Source: Candidatus Daviesbacteria bacterium (GTDB lineage: Bacteria > Patescibacteriota > Microgenomatia > Daviesbacterales > UBA10151). From it: a stretch of 64,000 nucleotides of DNA. Each line of letters starts with the position of its first letter. Within the stretch, counting starts at the first letter, position 1. The translations under genes and the position numbers were made by a program. Positions 41,115 through 49,748 of this stretch are shown piece after piece. The notes under the pieces are model-generated. The model was not told the origin of the DNA, did not search any database, and worked only from the letters and a program-made list of their open reading frames with translations. The DNA is taken from NCBI GenBank assembly GCA_016176405.1, contig JACOXG010000013.1, positions 398 to 64,397 on the forward strand, given 5' to 3'.

Positions 41115-41522
41115 TTACCGGGAATCCAGGGCTTGGTTAGCCAACCTATCTGCCAGCGTATTTTTGGATCTGGGAATATGGCTATAGATCACTCCCCCAA
41201 GCTCCCAGGAGAGAATTTTAATTTTTTCAATGATTGGTTTTAAGTGCTTGGCTTTGATTTTAAAATTACCCGACAGCTGTTCTGCTACCAGCTTTGAGTC
41301 TGCAAACAGTGCTACTTTGGGGTGACGATGACCATAATCTTTTTTGGCATGTTTTAAAGCTTCCAAAACCGCTGTATATTCAGCCACATTATTGGTAGTT
41401 TTACCAATGTATCTACCCTCCTCATACAATAGCTTGCCATTCTCATCTGATATAGTAAAGCCATACGATGAAGGGCCAGGATTGCCGCGAGAAGCTCCAT
41501 CTGTATAGATAATAAGCTGCAT
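41115..41522 (-). CDS. rnhA: Ribonuclease HI (actinobacterial/archaeal type)
   Basis: TDGASRGNPG, TNNVAEY, DSKLV and ADRLAN motifs. Confidence 0.93.
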   Translation of the reverse strand: MQLIIYTDGASRGNPGPSSYGFTISDENGKLLYEEGRYIGKTTNNVAEYTAVLEALKHAKKDYGHRHPKVALFADSKLVAEQLSGNFKIKAKHLKPIIEKIKILSWELGGVIYSHIPRSKNTLADRLANQALDSR

Positions 41523-41532
41523 ATTTTGACCT

Positions 41533-42738
41533 TTATTTATTGCGTATCAAGATAAATGCTTGTAGAAATAAAATCAAGTACTCAGAGATGACTGTGATCC
41601 AAGATGCAGCATAAAATGAGTATTTCGGAATATAAATAAAATTGAGAGAAAGATTAATGACCAAGCCCAATCCATAAACAAGTAACATTTGTTGGTACTG
41701 ACCTCTGGTGACTAAAATCCACATTATCAGAGCTGACAGAAAATATGCTGGAAAACCCAAAGACAGAATTTGTAAGCTGATGGTAGAACCTGAAAATCCC
41801 CCACCAGTTAGAATTTGGATAATGGTGGGTGAAAAAATAAAGGTCAGGATAGTTCCAGCTGAGGATAACCCCAACAGCCCCAGACCAACCAGTTTAATCC
41901 CTCTCAACGATTTCAACATCAGTGGATAATAAGCATTCATAATAAATGTTGGCAAAACCAAGGCTGTTTGAAAAACTGAAAAAGCCAAATTATAAATACC
42001 TACCTCAGAACCAGATTTAAAATAGGCCAAAATAAAAGCATCAGCCCTAAAATAAACTACATTCAAAGCCAAGGTAGTAGCAATCGGCCAAGAAGCTTTA
42101 AATAAGTGTTTCGTATATGGTATGTCGTAAATAGGAAGAGCAGTCTTTGCTAATTTATAAATCAAAAACAGGGCTACCAAAGCTATCATCAGCCATGAGA
42201 GCAAATGAGCTAAAAGTAAAAGGGGGATTGGTAATTGTAAAAAAATTAGATAGGCAAATATGCCTAGGCCAAAAATTGTACCAAATGATGATGCCAAAAC
42301 TGATAAATCGTATCTAAGTTTGGATTGGAAGATCAGATTACAAGTTACAAATATAGCTGAAGCCATAATTGCTAAGGAGCCAAATAAAACAGCCTGAGAA
42401 AATGGGGCAGTGGCAAAGGGCCAAAAGGGTAGTAGCCCCACTGCCACAAATATCAACACCACAGACCAGATTATTCGTGTTCCCAAAAGTTTCTGCCATT
42501 CAGCCTTGACTCTTAACTCTAGACTCTTGACTCTCCTCAGAACATGAGCATTAAATCCAAAATCGCCTAAAAGATAAAATATGGCCAAATAGGTGAGTGC
42601 TAAAGTAAAAATCCCAGTTCCTTCCTCACCATAATTTCTGGCCACCAGTCCCAAAATAATAAAAGTAGATAGGGAAGTGACTACTTTCCCCAACACCTGC
42701 CAGAGGGTTTGTTGGGAGATTTTAAGAAGATTTGGCAT
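41533..42738 (-). CDS. Wzx-like polysaccharide flippase (MOP superfamily)
   Basis: Polytopic; DFGF, YFRADAFIL..VGIY and LNFIYIP.Y..YAA motifs. Confidence 0.88.
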   Translation of the reverse strand: MPNLLKISQQTLWQVLGKVVTSLSTFIILGLVARNYGEEGTGIFTLALTYLAIFYLLGDFGFNAHVLRRVKSLELRVKAEWQKLLGTRIIWSVVLIFVAVGLLPFWPFATAPFSQAVLFGSLAIMASAIFVTCNLIFQSKLRYDLSVLASSFGTIFGLGIFAYLIFLQLPIPLLLLAHLLSWLMIALVALFLIYKLAKTALPIYDIPYTKHLFKASWPIATTLALNVVYFRADAFILAYFKSGSEVGIYNLAFSVFQTALVLPTFIMNAYYPLMLKSLRGIKLVGLGLLGLSSAGTILTFIFSPTIIQILTGGGFSGSTISLQILSLGFPAYFLSALIMWILVTRGQYQQMLLVYGLGLVINLSLNFIYIPKYSFYAASWITVISEYLILFLQAFILIRNK

Positions 42739-43957
42739 TTTTCCATTCTAACATGGACAAAGAGATTCCCCAGATTAAAAAAAGTAATCTATAGCCTTGG
42801 GGTAAAGTTAGAAAGTAGTGGTCAAATAGACCCAGGAAAATGATGACAACCCAGATTAAAAGTAGAGTTTTGGGTTCAGGGTTGGTGGTTCTAAGTTTAA
42901 AAAGCTTCCAAATTGGATAACCAATTAACCCTAACAGCCCCAACAACCCTAAAATTCCCGTTTCAGCCAAAGCTAAAAGGAAAATATTATGTACTGGTTG
43001 TAAAAATCTGGAAGGCCCAGATACTAACCCCTCAGATGAAGCTGGAATAAAATTATTTAAGCCTATTCCAAAAATAGGCGAGCTTAAAAACATCTGCCAG
43101 GCACTGATTGAGAGCTCTTCTCTTCTTATAAGTGTCAAGCTATCAAAACTAAATAAAGCCTCGAATCTAGTAAAAAGAATGGGGGAGAGGATAATTAATA
43201 ATAATACTAAAACTATTTTCCACCTTCTTGACAAAGTCATCATGGCCATAGCCACTCCAGCTATCAAGGCTACTCTGGAGACAGTTAAGAGTAGTGTGAT
43301 TGTGCCTAGAAGCATTGATAAATTTAAAAGCCCCCCTCTCCTGTTTACCCCTTGATAGGCAATCCATGACACCAACATTATTCCAATAACCATAAATCCT
43401 GCCAAAACATTAGGGTGAGGAAAAGTGGCGTATGGCCTTAAAAATTCGAAGCCCCGGAAATCAAATTTGGCAATGGCAGGGGTGGTAATAGAAAAAGTCC
43501 GCTCCCCCAAGATCCAAAGTCCAATAGTCCCTCCCTTTAAAAACTGCAGGATGGCCAAAATAGATTCTCCCAAAATGGCCAAACTTAGTGGTAAAAACAA
43601 CTTTCCCCTTAACACTTCCCACTTTGCACTTGCTATATAGATCCCAAATAAGCCTGCCATTAAATATTGATCTAATCTGACCAACCCTGCTCCCAAATTA
43701 CCGTTAACCAGTGAAAGGCTTTGGGATAAAATAAAAAAGAGAAATAAATTTAAGGCCTTTTTGTTGATGGGCTGTCTTTGGATTAGCCAGACTACCAAAA
43801 GTAATCCCACCAAAAGATCCCAAAAATAGATGGTGGGCGAGAGGTAATCAACTCTTAAGGAGAAAATATAACTAAACTGGGGCCAAAAATGCTTCCCCAA
43901 TTGCGTTGGAAGAAAGAGCAGGGTTAAAAAAAGAAATATTGCCTCAACTCTCTTCAC
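42722..43957 (-). CDS. O-antigen ligase family protein
   Basis: RPYATFPHPN, TVSR, GIGLNNF and PVHNIFL..LAETG motifs. Confidence 0.9.
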   Translation of the reverse strand: MKRVEAIFLFLTLLFLPTQLGKHFWPQFSYIFSLRVDYLSPTIYFWDLLVGLLLVVWLIQRQPINKKALNLFLFFILSQSLSLVNGNLGAGLVRLDQYLMAGLFGIYIASAKWEVLRGKLFLPLSLAILGESILAILQFLKGGTIGLWILGERTFSITTPAIAKFDFRGFEFLRPYATFPHPNVLAGFMVIGIMLVSWIAYQGVNRRGGLLNLSMLLGTITLLLTVSRVALIAGVAMAMMTLSRRWKIVLVLLLIILSPILFTRFEALFSFDSLTLIRREELSISAWQMFLSSPIFGIGLNNFIPASSEGLVSGPSRFLQPVHNIFLLALAETGILGLLGLLGLIGYPIWKLFKLRTTNPEPKTLLLIWVVIIFLGLFDHYFLTLPQGYRLLFLIWGISLSMLEWKNAKSS

Positions 43958-44453
43958 TTTTCACTTTTGACTTGCCACTTTGCTCGCTTCGCGAAGCGAG
44001 CACTTTTATTACAATGTGTCTATCTCTTCCCTCACCCATACTTTCAGTTTCCAATCCTTCCATCTCACCAATGGCTGTGTGTACTACTCTTCTTTGCCAA
44101 GCTGACATTGGCTCCAGCTCTAAATTTTCTTTAGTTTCCAAAACTTGATTGCCCCAATTTTCAGATTGTCTTTTTAAATCCTCCTCTTTCTGTTTTCTCC
44201 ATCCCCCCACATCTACTATCACTCGCTTGAATCCGTCAGCTGACGGACTTTCTCCCGCCTTTCGAGACACCATCTGGTTAATTAAAAGCTGTAAAGCCTC
44301 CAAAGATTCACCTCTGGCTCCAATCAGCCTTCCTGCATCTTTAGTTTCAATTGAGACTGAAAAATTTTCCTCAGTCTCCTCAATATCATAACTACCCTCA
44401 AGAAGGAGAAGTCCTAATAGATTGTCCAAAATTTCTGATAATTGTTCTTCCAT
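43944..44453 (-). CDS. jag: Jag/EloR-like RNA-binding protein (KH plus R3H)
   Basis: LIGARGESLEALQ KH motif, PMSAWQRRVVH R3H motif; lies downstream of yidC. Confidence 0.9.
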   Translation of the reverse strand: MEEQLSEILDNLLGLLLLEGSYDIEETEENFSVSIETKDAGRLIGARGESLEALQLLINQMVSRKAGESPSADGFKRVIVDVGGWRKQKEEDLKRQSENWGNQVLETKENLELEPMSAWQRRVVHTAIGEMEGLETESMGEGRDRHIVIKVLASRSEQSGKSKVKSEES

Positions 44454-44499
44454 GTTATTTAAATTCCAAAAACCAAATTACAAATTTCAAACAAGTTTG

Positions 44500-45348
44500 T
44501 TATTTGGTGCTTGGAGTTTTGAATTTGCCGACGAAATCGGCCATTCCTCCCCAGCCAGCAATTCGATGCTGCTGAATAATCCCTAGTATTGTATAGGCAT
44601 TCCAATAAATTGCAAGTCCAACAGGAAAAGTGAAGGCAAAATAGCCAATCATAATTGGCATCAAGAAAACCATCTGAGATTGAACCGCTGACATACTATC
44701 CTCCATACTCTCCTTTTCCTTCTCCTCTTTGGGTGAATCTGAGGGGTAATGTTTAATCGGCCTTGGCAAGGTCATTTTTGATTGAACAAAGGTCAAAAGA
44801 GCAGTGATTAAGGGCACAGATACTAAAGATATGCCATATTTACTAAAGTCGGAAGGTTTAGCTCCCAGATTTAGCCCAAAAAAGTTGGGATCCGGAAAAT
44901 TATCAAGATGTAGCCAGGGAAAATATAAAATAGAATTAATCCAGCCTAAATTGCCATTTTGCATCCCAGGCAAAATATTAATAATAGCCTGATAAAGACC
45001 AATAAAAATTGGTATTTGTATCAAGGCTGGCAAGCACCCCCCAGCTGGATTTACCCCATGCTCTTTATATAAAGCCATTTGGGCAGAAGCCATAGCCTGT
45101 TTATCATCTTTATGTTTTCTTTTTAACTCATCCAAGTGGGGTTTTAAATCAGCCATTTTCTTGGTAGCTTTAATCTGAGAAGTCATCACAGGCCAAACCA
45201 ACAGCCTAATTAAAACAGTCAAAATAATCAGAGCAAATCCTAAGCTACCGGGAATATGAAGAGAGTTCAAACCATAATAAATCAAAAGCAACAAATTGAT
45301 AATTGGTATTAAAAATAAAGTATTAAAAATATCGCCTATTGCACCCAC
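44500..45348 (-). CDS. yidC: Membrane protein insertase YidC
   Basis: LYKEHGVNPAGGCLP.LIQIP and GLAIYW motifs. Confidence 0.95.
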   Translation of the reverse strand: MGAIGDIFNTLFLIPIINLLLLIYYGLNSLHIPGSLGFALIILTVLIRLLVWPVMTSQIKATKKMADLKPHLDELKRKHKDDKQAMASAQMALYKEHGVNPAGGCLPALIQIPIFIGLYQAIINILPGMQNGNLGWINSILYFPWLHLDNFPDPNFFGLNLGAKPSDFSKYGISLVSVPLITALLTFVQSKMTLPRPIKHYPSDSPKEEKEKESMEDSMSAVQSQMVFLMPIMIGYFAFTFPVGLAIYWNAYTILGIIQQHRIAGWGGMADFVGKFKTPSTK

Positions 45349-45373
45349 GTTTTTTGACTCCTTTCACTTATTT

Positions 45374-45574
45374 TTATCTACAACTCCAAATTCTTTTTAG
45401 GCCCATCCACCCACCATGGATAACCCCATACTGTATGATGGACTGTTTGGTATATTCAGAACAACTTATTGGATATTTACATGCCCCCCCAGGAGTAAAG
45501 ATAGACATTAGCCCATGGTCAAATGACAAATATATTTGATAAAAATTGATTAGACTAATCAACAATTTTTTCAT
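45374..45574 (-). CDS. yidD: Membrane protein insertion efficiency factor
   Basis: CKYPISCSEY..G...G.KRI..C motif and synteny. Confidence 0.92.
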   Translation of the reverse strand: MKKLLISLINFYQIYLSFDHGLMSIFTPGGACKYPISCSEYTKQSIIQYGVIHGGWMGLKRIWSCR

Positions 45575-45893
45575 GCTTTAGTGTATCCTCTAAATCCAAA
45601 AGAATGTCTCCTGATTTTACCTCAAGCACCCTATCTTTGGGAAGAGCCACAATATTTATATTTGATGGTAACTTGGCATATAAAGACTCAAAAACTGTTG
45701 AAGTTATTCTTCTGGCCCTATTTCTCTGGGTGGCTTTTTTAAAAATTTGAGCAGATACAGCAATCCCCACCCTAGCGCTCAGATTATCTCCCATCTTTAT
45801 AAAAAGTTTCATATATTTGGTATCAATTCTTTTACCCGCAGATACCCATTTAAAATCTTTTTTTAAATTAAGGCGTTGAGGTTTTGGAAGCAT
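45555..45893 (-). CDS. rnpA: Ribonuclease P protein component
   Basis: RVGIAVS and KATQRNRARR (RNR motif). Confidence 0.92.
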   Translation of the reverse strand: MLPKPQRLNLKKDFKWVSAGKRIDTKYMKLFIKMGDNLSARVGIAVSAQIFKKATQRNRARRITSTVFESLYAKLPSNINIVALPKDRVLEVKSGDILLDLEDTLKHEKIVD

Positions 45894-46031
45894 TTAAATG
45901 GTTAAGCGTTTTCTACCACGAGCCCTTCTTCTTTTTAAAACTCTTCTACCATCGTGGGTCTTGATTCTCTCTCTAAACCCATGCTTTTTAGCTCTTTTTA
46001 ATTTTTTTGGTTGGTATACCCGTTTTGGCAA
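45894..46031 (-). CDS. rpmH: 50S ribosomal protein L34
   Basis: Manual translation from TTG 46031: [45 protein letters not shown]; below the ORF-track length cutoff. Confidence 0.95.
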   Translation of the reverse strand: MPKRVYQPKKLKRAKKHGFRERIKTHDGRRVLKRRRARGRKRLTI

Positions 46032-46182
46032 TCGGAGCGCGCCCCCTTTCTTTGCGCGCGAGATCCACTTGCAAAAATGATCTAAATGATCATTTTTGAC
46101 AAGGGCTAAAGGAGTATATCATAACTTGATCTACTTTTTAATAGTTTCTCTATCTTGTCAATTAAATCTTTCTGGATTATTT

Positions 46183-46220
46183 TGTGGATAACTGATTTGA
46201 CTTATCCACAAGTCAAATCA
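46183..46220. promoter_or_regulatory. Two perfect DnaA boxes upstream of dnaA
   Basis: TGTGGATAA 46183-46191 and TTATCCACA 46202-46210. Confidence 0.85.
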
Positions 46221-46247
46221 TCCTGAGGAGTCTGCGACGAAGGATCT
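46218..46247. repeat. REP-like element 5 nt before the dnaA start
   Basis: TCATCCTGAGGAGTCTGCGACGAAGGATCT. Confidence 0.8.
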
Positions 46248-46252
46248 CATCC

Positions 46253-47572
46253 ATGGATAATCAAAAACTCTGGCACAAATTTTTAGATACTATCAAACCC
46301 CAAGTTAGTTCTGCTAATTTTAAAACCTTTTTTTCCAAAACCAAAATCAACCAAGAGAATGATAAAATAATTTTATCTACCCCCTCTGCCTTCATTGAAG
46401 AAACCCTTAAAAAACGTCACCTGCCTCTCATCCAGCAAATTTTTGATGATATCTTAGGCAAAAAAGTTAAGATTGAATTTTTAATCAGCGGTGAAAACGG
46501 TCAATCAAAAAAGAAGGAGGAAGATGATTTTTTCTCTCCCATCACCATTCAATCCTCTTATTCTTTAAATCCCAAATATACCTTGGAAAATTTTGTGGTG
46601 GGGCCTTCCAATAATGTGGCATTTGCTGCAGCTCAAGCAGTAGTGCAAAATCCCGGCACTTCCTATAACCCTTTATTTGTCTATGGAGGAACAGGAGTAG
46701 GTAAGACTCATCTGATGCTTGCAATCGGAAATGCTATCTTCAAAAAAAAACCCTCGGTCAATATTATCTATTGTTCTTCGGAAAAGTTTATGAATGATTA
46801 TGTGGCAGCCATCCAAAATCACAGGATGATTGATCTAAGAAACAAATATCGCTCAGCTCAAATTCTTTTGATTGATGATGTGCAGTTTTTCTCCGGGCGC
46901 GAAGGCACTCAGGAGGAATTTTTCCATACCTTCAATGAGTTGCAATCAAAAAACTCCCAGATGATTATCACCTCAGACAGATCGCCTCATGAGATTGCCA
47001 AACTAGAGGATCGGTTGAGAAGTCGTTTTGCCGGAGGTTTAATGGTGGATATCCAACCTCCTGATTTTGATACCAGAGTGGCTATCCTTAAGGCCAAATG
47101 TACTGAGTGGGGTAGCCTACTTCCTGAGGATACCCTCAGGCTGATTGCCTCATCAACTGAATCCTCTATTAGGGAGCTGGAGGGAAGATTGATGCAAATT
47201 CTACAAATTTTAAAAGCCCAAAATTTGGAGCCTTCGTCTGAAAATATTGCCCTTTATCTTAAAGAGCCTCAAAAATCTCTTAACCTAAATCATAAACAAG
47301 TCATCTCAGCAATTTGTAGCTATTTTGATCTTTCCCTCAAAGATTTAACTGGTCCCAAAAGACAAAAAGAGTTGGTTTTACCTCGTCACATCACCATGTA
47401 TATTTTGGCTGAGGAGTTGGGGATGACTGTGGAAAAAATTGGACAACTGCTGGGTGGTAGAGACCACACCACAGTCATGCATGGTAGGGACCGGATCAAG
47501 AAACAACTTGCCAAGGATAGAGAAATTCAAAGATTATTTATGGAAATTAAAAACTATTTCCAAACTATTTAG
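46253..47572 (+). CDS. dnaA: Chromosomal replication initiator
   Basis: YNPLFVYGGTGVGKTHL, IDDVQF, QEEFFHTFN and GGRDHTTV motifs. Confidence 0.98.
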   Translation: MDNQKLWHKFLDTIKPQVSSANFKTFFSKTKINQENDKIILSTPSAFIEETLKKRHLPLIQQIFDDILGKKVKIEFLISGENGQSKKKEEDDFFSPITIQSSYSLNPKYTLENFVVGPSNNVAFAAAQAVVQNPGTSYNPLFVYGGTGVGKTHLMLAIGNAIFKKKPSVNIIYCSSEKFMNDYVAAIQNHRMIDLRNKYRSAQILLIDDVQFFSGREGTQEEFFHTFNELQSKNSQMIITSDRSPHEIAKLEDRLRSRFAGGLMVDIQPPDFDTRVAILKAKCTEWGSLLPEDTLRLIASSTESSIRELEGRLMQILQILKAQNLEPSSENIALYLKEPQKSLNLNHKQVISAICSYFDLSLKDLTGPKRQKELVLPRHITMYILAEELGMTVEKIGQLLGGRDHTTVMHGRDRIKKQLAKDREIQRLFMEIKNYFQTI

Positions 47573-47749
47573 TTTTCCACTTAAAACTTCACTTTTCCAC
47601 AATTTATCCACTAAATAACCACCATTTTTTAACACGAAATAAAAACGAAAAATGAATATAAATTTTTCATTTTTCAACATATCCACAGGACATATTAATA
47701 ACTATTACTGTTTTAAATATGTAGTATAATCTAACCTCTCTGTGGATAA
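47573..47749. other. oriC core: DnaA-box cluster and DnaA-trio-like unwinding element
   Basis: TTTTCCACA 47593, TTATCCACT 47604, overlapping TTTTCAACA/ATATCCACA 47671-47687, then GGAC and ATATTAATAACTATTACTG, and TGTGGATAA 47741. Confidence 0.85.
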
Positions 47750-48197
47750 TTTAAACTTAACCCTGATTGGTATAATTTTACTTCTTTTAATTATTGCTTA
47801 TCTTTTAGGTAGACTACAAGGAAGAGGTCCGCAAGATATCCCCTCGGATCTGATTGATTTGTACCGAGGAGTACAAGAATTACCAGCCAGAATTTTACAG
47901 GTAATTCAGGGCTCAATTAATCCTCAGAAAGGTAGAATGGCAGAGCTTTTAACTTATGCTGAACTGAGATATGATTATGATCGGATTATCCCTTTAGGTT
48001 GGCCAATTGACTTTATTGGTATTAAAAATGGTGATCGGATTGACTTTATTGAAGTCAAGAGCGGACAAACTCATCTCTTGACAGATGAAGAAAAACACAT
48101 TAAAAACCTAATTGCTACGGGAAGAGTCAATTTTAGACTAATTAAGGTTTCAGAGGAAGAAATCCAAAAGTTTGTTTCTGCCCAGAAAGGGGATTAG
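47742..48197 (+). CDS. Membrane-anchored PD-(D/E)XK endonuclease, archaeal Holliday-junction-resolvase-like
   Basis: N-terminal TM, KGRMAE, LGWPIDFI and FIEVKSG motifs. Confidence 0.8.
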   Translation: MDNLNLTLIGIILLLLIIAYLLGRLQGRGPQDIPSDLIDLYRGVQELPARILQVIQGSINPQKGRMAELLTYAELRYDYDRIIPLGWPIDFIGIKNGDRIDFIEVKSGQTHLLTDEEKHIKNLIATGRVNFRLIKVSEEEIQKFVSAQKGD

Positions 48198-48198
48198 G

Positions 48199-49296
48199 GT
48201 GAAGTTTTCTTGTCTACAACAAGATCTGCTGCCTCCATTACAACAAGTCGGTCGCTCTGTTGGAGTTCATTCAGCCTTACCTGTTCTGGATAATATTTTA
48301 CTCTCTTGTGAGGGTAAAAAGTTAAGATTAGCAGCCACTAATTTGGAGGTTGGGGTAATAAAGTGGGTCCCAGTTGAGGTGGAAATAGAGGGTGAGCTAA
48401 CCATTCCTGCCAAAACCTTTATTGAGCTAATTTCCAGCTTGGGGCAAAGTAAAATCACCTTTGAGTCTGAGGGAGAAATTTTAACTGTTGAGTCTGGTAA
48501 AGCCAAGGTTACCATCAACGGTATTGCCGCCTCTGAGTTTCCTGCCATTCCGCTACCAGACGGTAAGGGCTTTTCTTTTCCCAAACATATCTTTTTAGCT
48601 TGCTCTCAGATTCTTTTTGCCACCGCAGTTGATGAAGGCAGACCACAGCTGACAGGGGTTTTAACCAAAGCAGAGGGTCAAAAATTAGAGTTTGTAGCCA
48701 CTGATGGTTTTAGATTGGCTCATCTAATAGTACCCCTTGATAAAGAGGGCGCTCCTTTTAAAAGTCTTATTCCCAAAAGAACTTTTGAGGAGATTTTAAG
48801 AATCATTGCTGAAGATAGCGAGGATCAGCTGACTATTTCACCTTCCCAAAATCAAAATCAAATTGTTTTTACTATTGGCCCAACCACTCTTTCCTCCAGA
48901 CTAATTGAGGGGGTTTTTCCTTCTTGGGAAAAAATTATCCCCCAAAAAACTAATACCAGGTTGATCTTGGAACGGGAGGAATTTTTAAAGGCCTTAAAGT
49001 TGGCTGCCATCTTTTCTGCCAGTGAAAATGTGGTTAGTTTAGAATTAGGCAAAGATAAGTTTCAGCTCAGCTCATCTGCCAAGCAGTTAGGTACTCAGGA
49101 GAATGAACTGGAGGCTCAGGTTGAAGGAGAACAGTTAAAGATTGCCTTTAATACCAAGTTTTTATTGGATGTTGTTTCAGCTGCCTCCTCAAAGCAGCTG
49201 ATGGTAGAATTTTCCGGCCCCCTGTCTCCTGCCTTGATTAAACCAGTCGGCATAGAAGGATTGGAATATATTTTAATGCCAGTCAGGTTAACCTAA
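48199..49296 (+). CDS. dnaN: DNA polymerase III beta clamp
   Basis: ATNLE, VATDGFRLA, SRLIEG.FP and ILMPVR motifs; GTG start at 48199. Confidence 0.96.
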   Translation: MKFSCLQQDLLPPLQQVGRSVGVHSALPVLDNILLSCEGKKLRLAATNLEVGVIKWVPVEVEIEGELTIPAKTFIELISSLGQSKITFESEGEILTVESGKAKVTINGIAASEFPAIPLPDGKGFSFPKHIFLACSQILFATAVDEGRPQLTGVLTKAEGQKLEFVATDGFRLAHLIVPLDKEGAPFKSLIPKRTFEEILRIIAEDSEDQLTISPSQNQNQIVFTIGPTTLSSRLIEGVFPSWEKIIPQKTNTRLILEREEFLKALKLAAIFSASENVVSLELGKDKFQLSSSAKQLGTQENELEAQVEGEQLKIAFNTKFLLDVVSAASSKQLMVEFSGPLSPALIKPVGIEGLEYILMPVRLT

Positions 49297-49748
49297 AAGC
49301 CTCTAAATTTGACTGTTTTAAAATGGTAAATTTTTTCTTCACTTAATTTGCTACCATCCTCAAATTTGGTATCACCTAAAATAATTAAGGTGTATTCATA
49401 TCCCAACTCAAAGGGTTTGTCCGGAATAATTTTAACTGTCCTTTTATCCTCTGATAACTCCAAACTATATTCAATTTCAGGTTCAAGTCTGTGCTTAAAC
49501 TCACCAGTAAACGATAAGGATTTGTTAAAGGTGATTTCTATAATCTCATCAGAGGAAATAGTGGCATTATCCAAAGGATCTGGTTTGGTAGAAATGATTT
49601 CGGCAGATTCATCTTGGTTTGACTGTGGATTTATTTGATTCTGATTGGGTACACTAGATTGTTTATTATTTTGATTAATCCACCAAAAAATACCAGCTAG
49701 GACGGCTAATCCAATTACTAAAACCACGATTTTCTTGTTTACTTGCAT
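49293..49748 (-). CDS. Membrane-anchored Ig-like (Big_5-type) protein
   Basis: N-terminal TM, then IISTKP..IEITFNK..IIP...F..G.EYTL.I. Confidence 0.7.
   Translation of the reverse strand: MQVNKKIVVLVIGLAVLAGIFWWINQNNKQSSVPNQNQINPQSNQDESAEIISTKPDPLDNATISSDEIIEITFNKSLSFTGEFKHRLEPEIEYSLELSEDKRTVKIIPDKPFELGYEYTLIILGDTKFEDGSKLSEEKIYHFKTVKFRGF

Noticed and set aside
45898-46080. 60-aa + strand ORF
   Set aside because: Antisense shadow of rpmH
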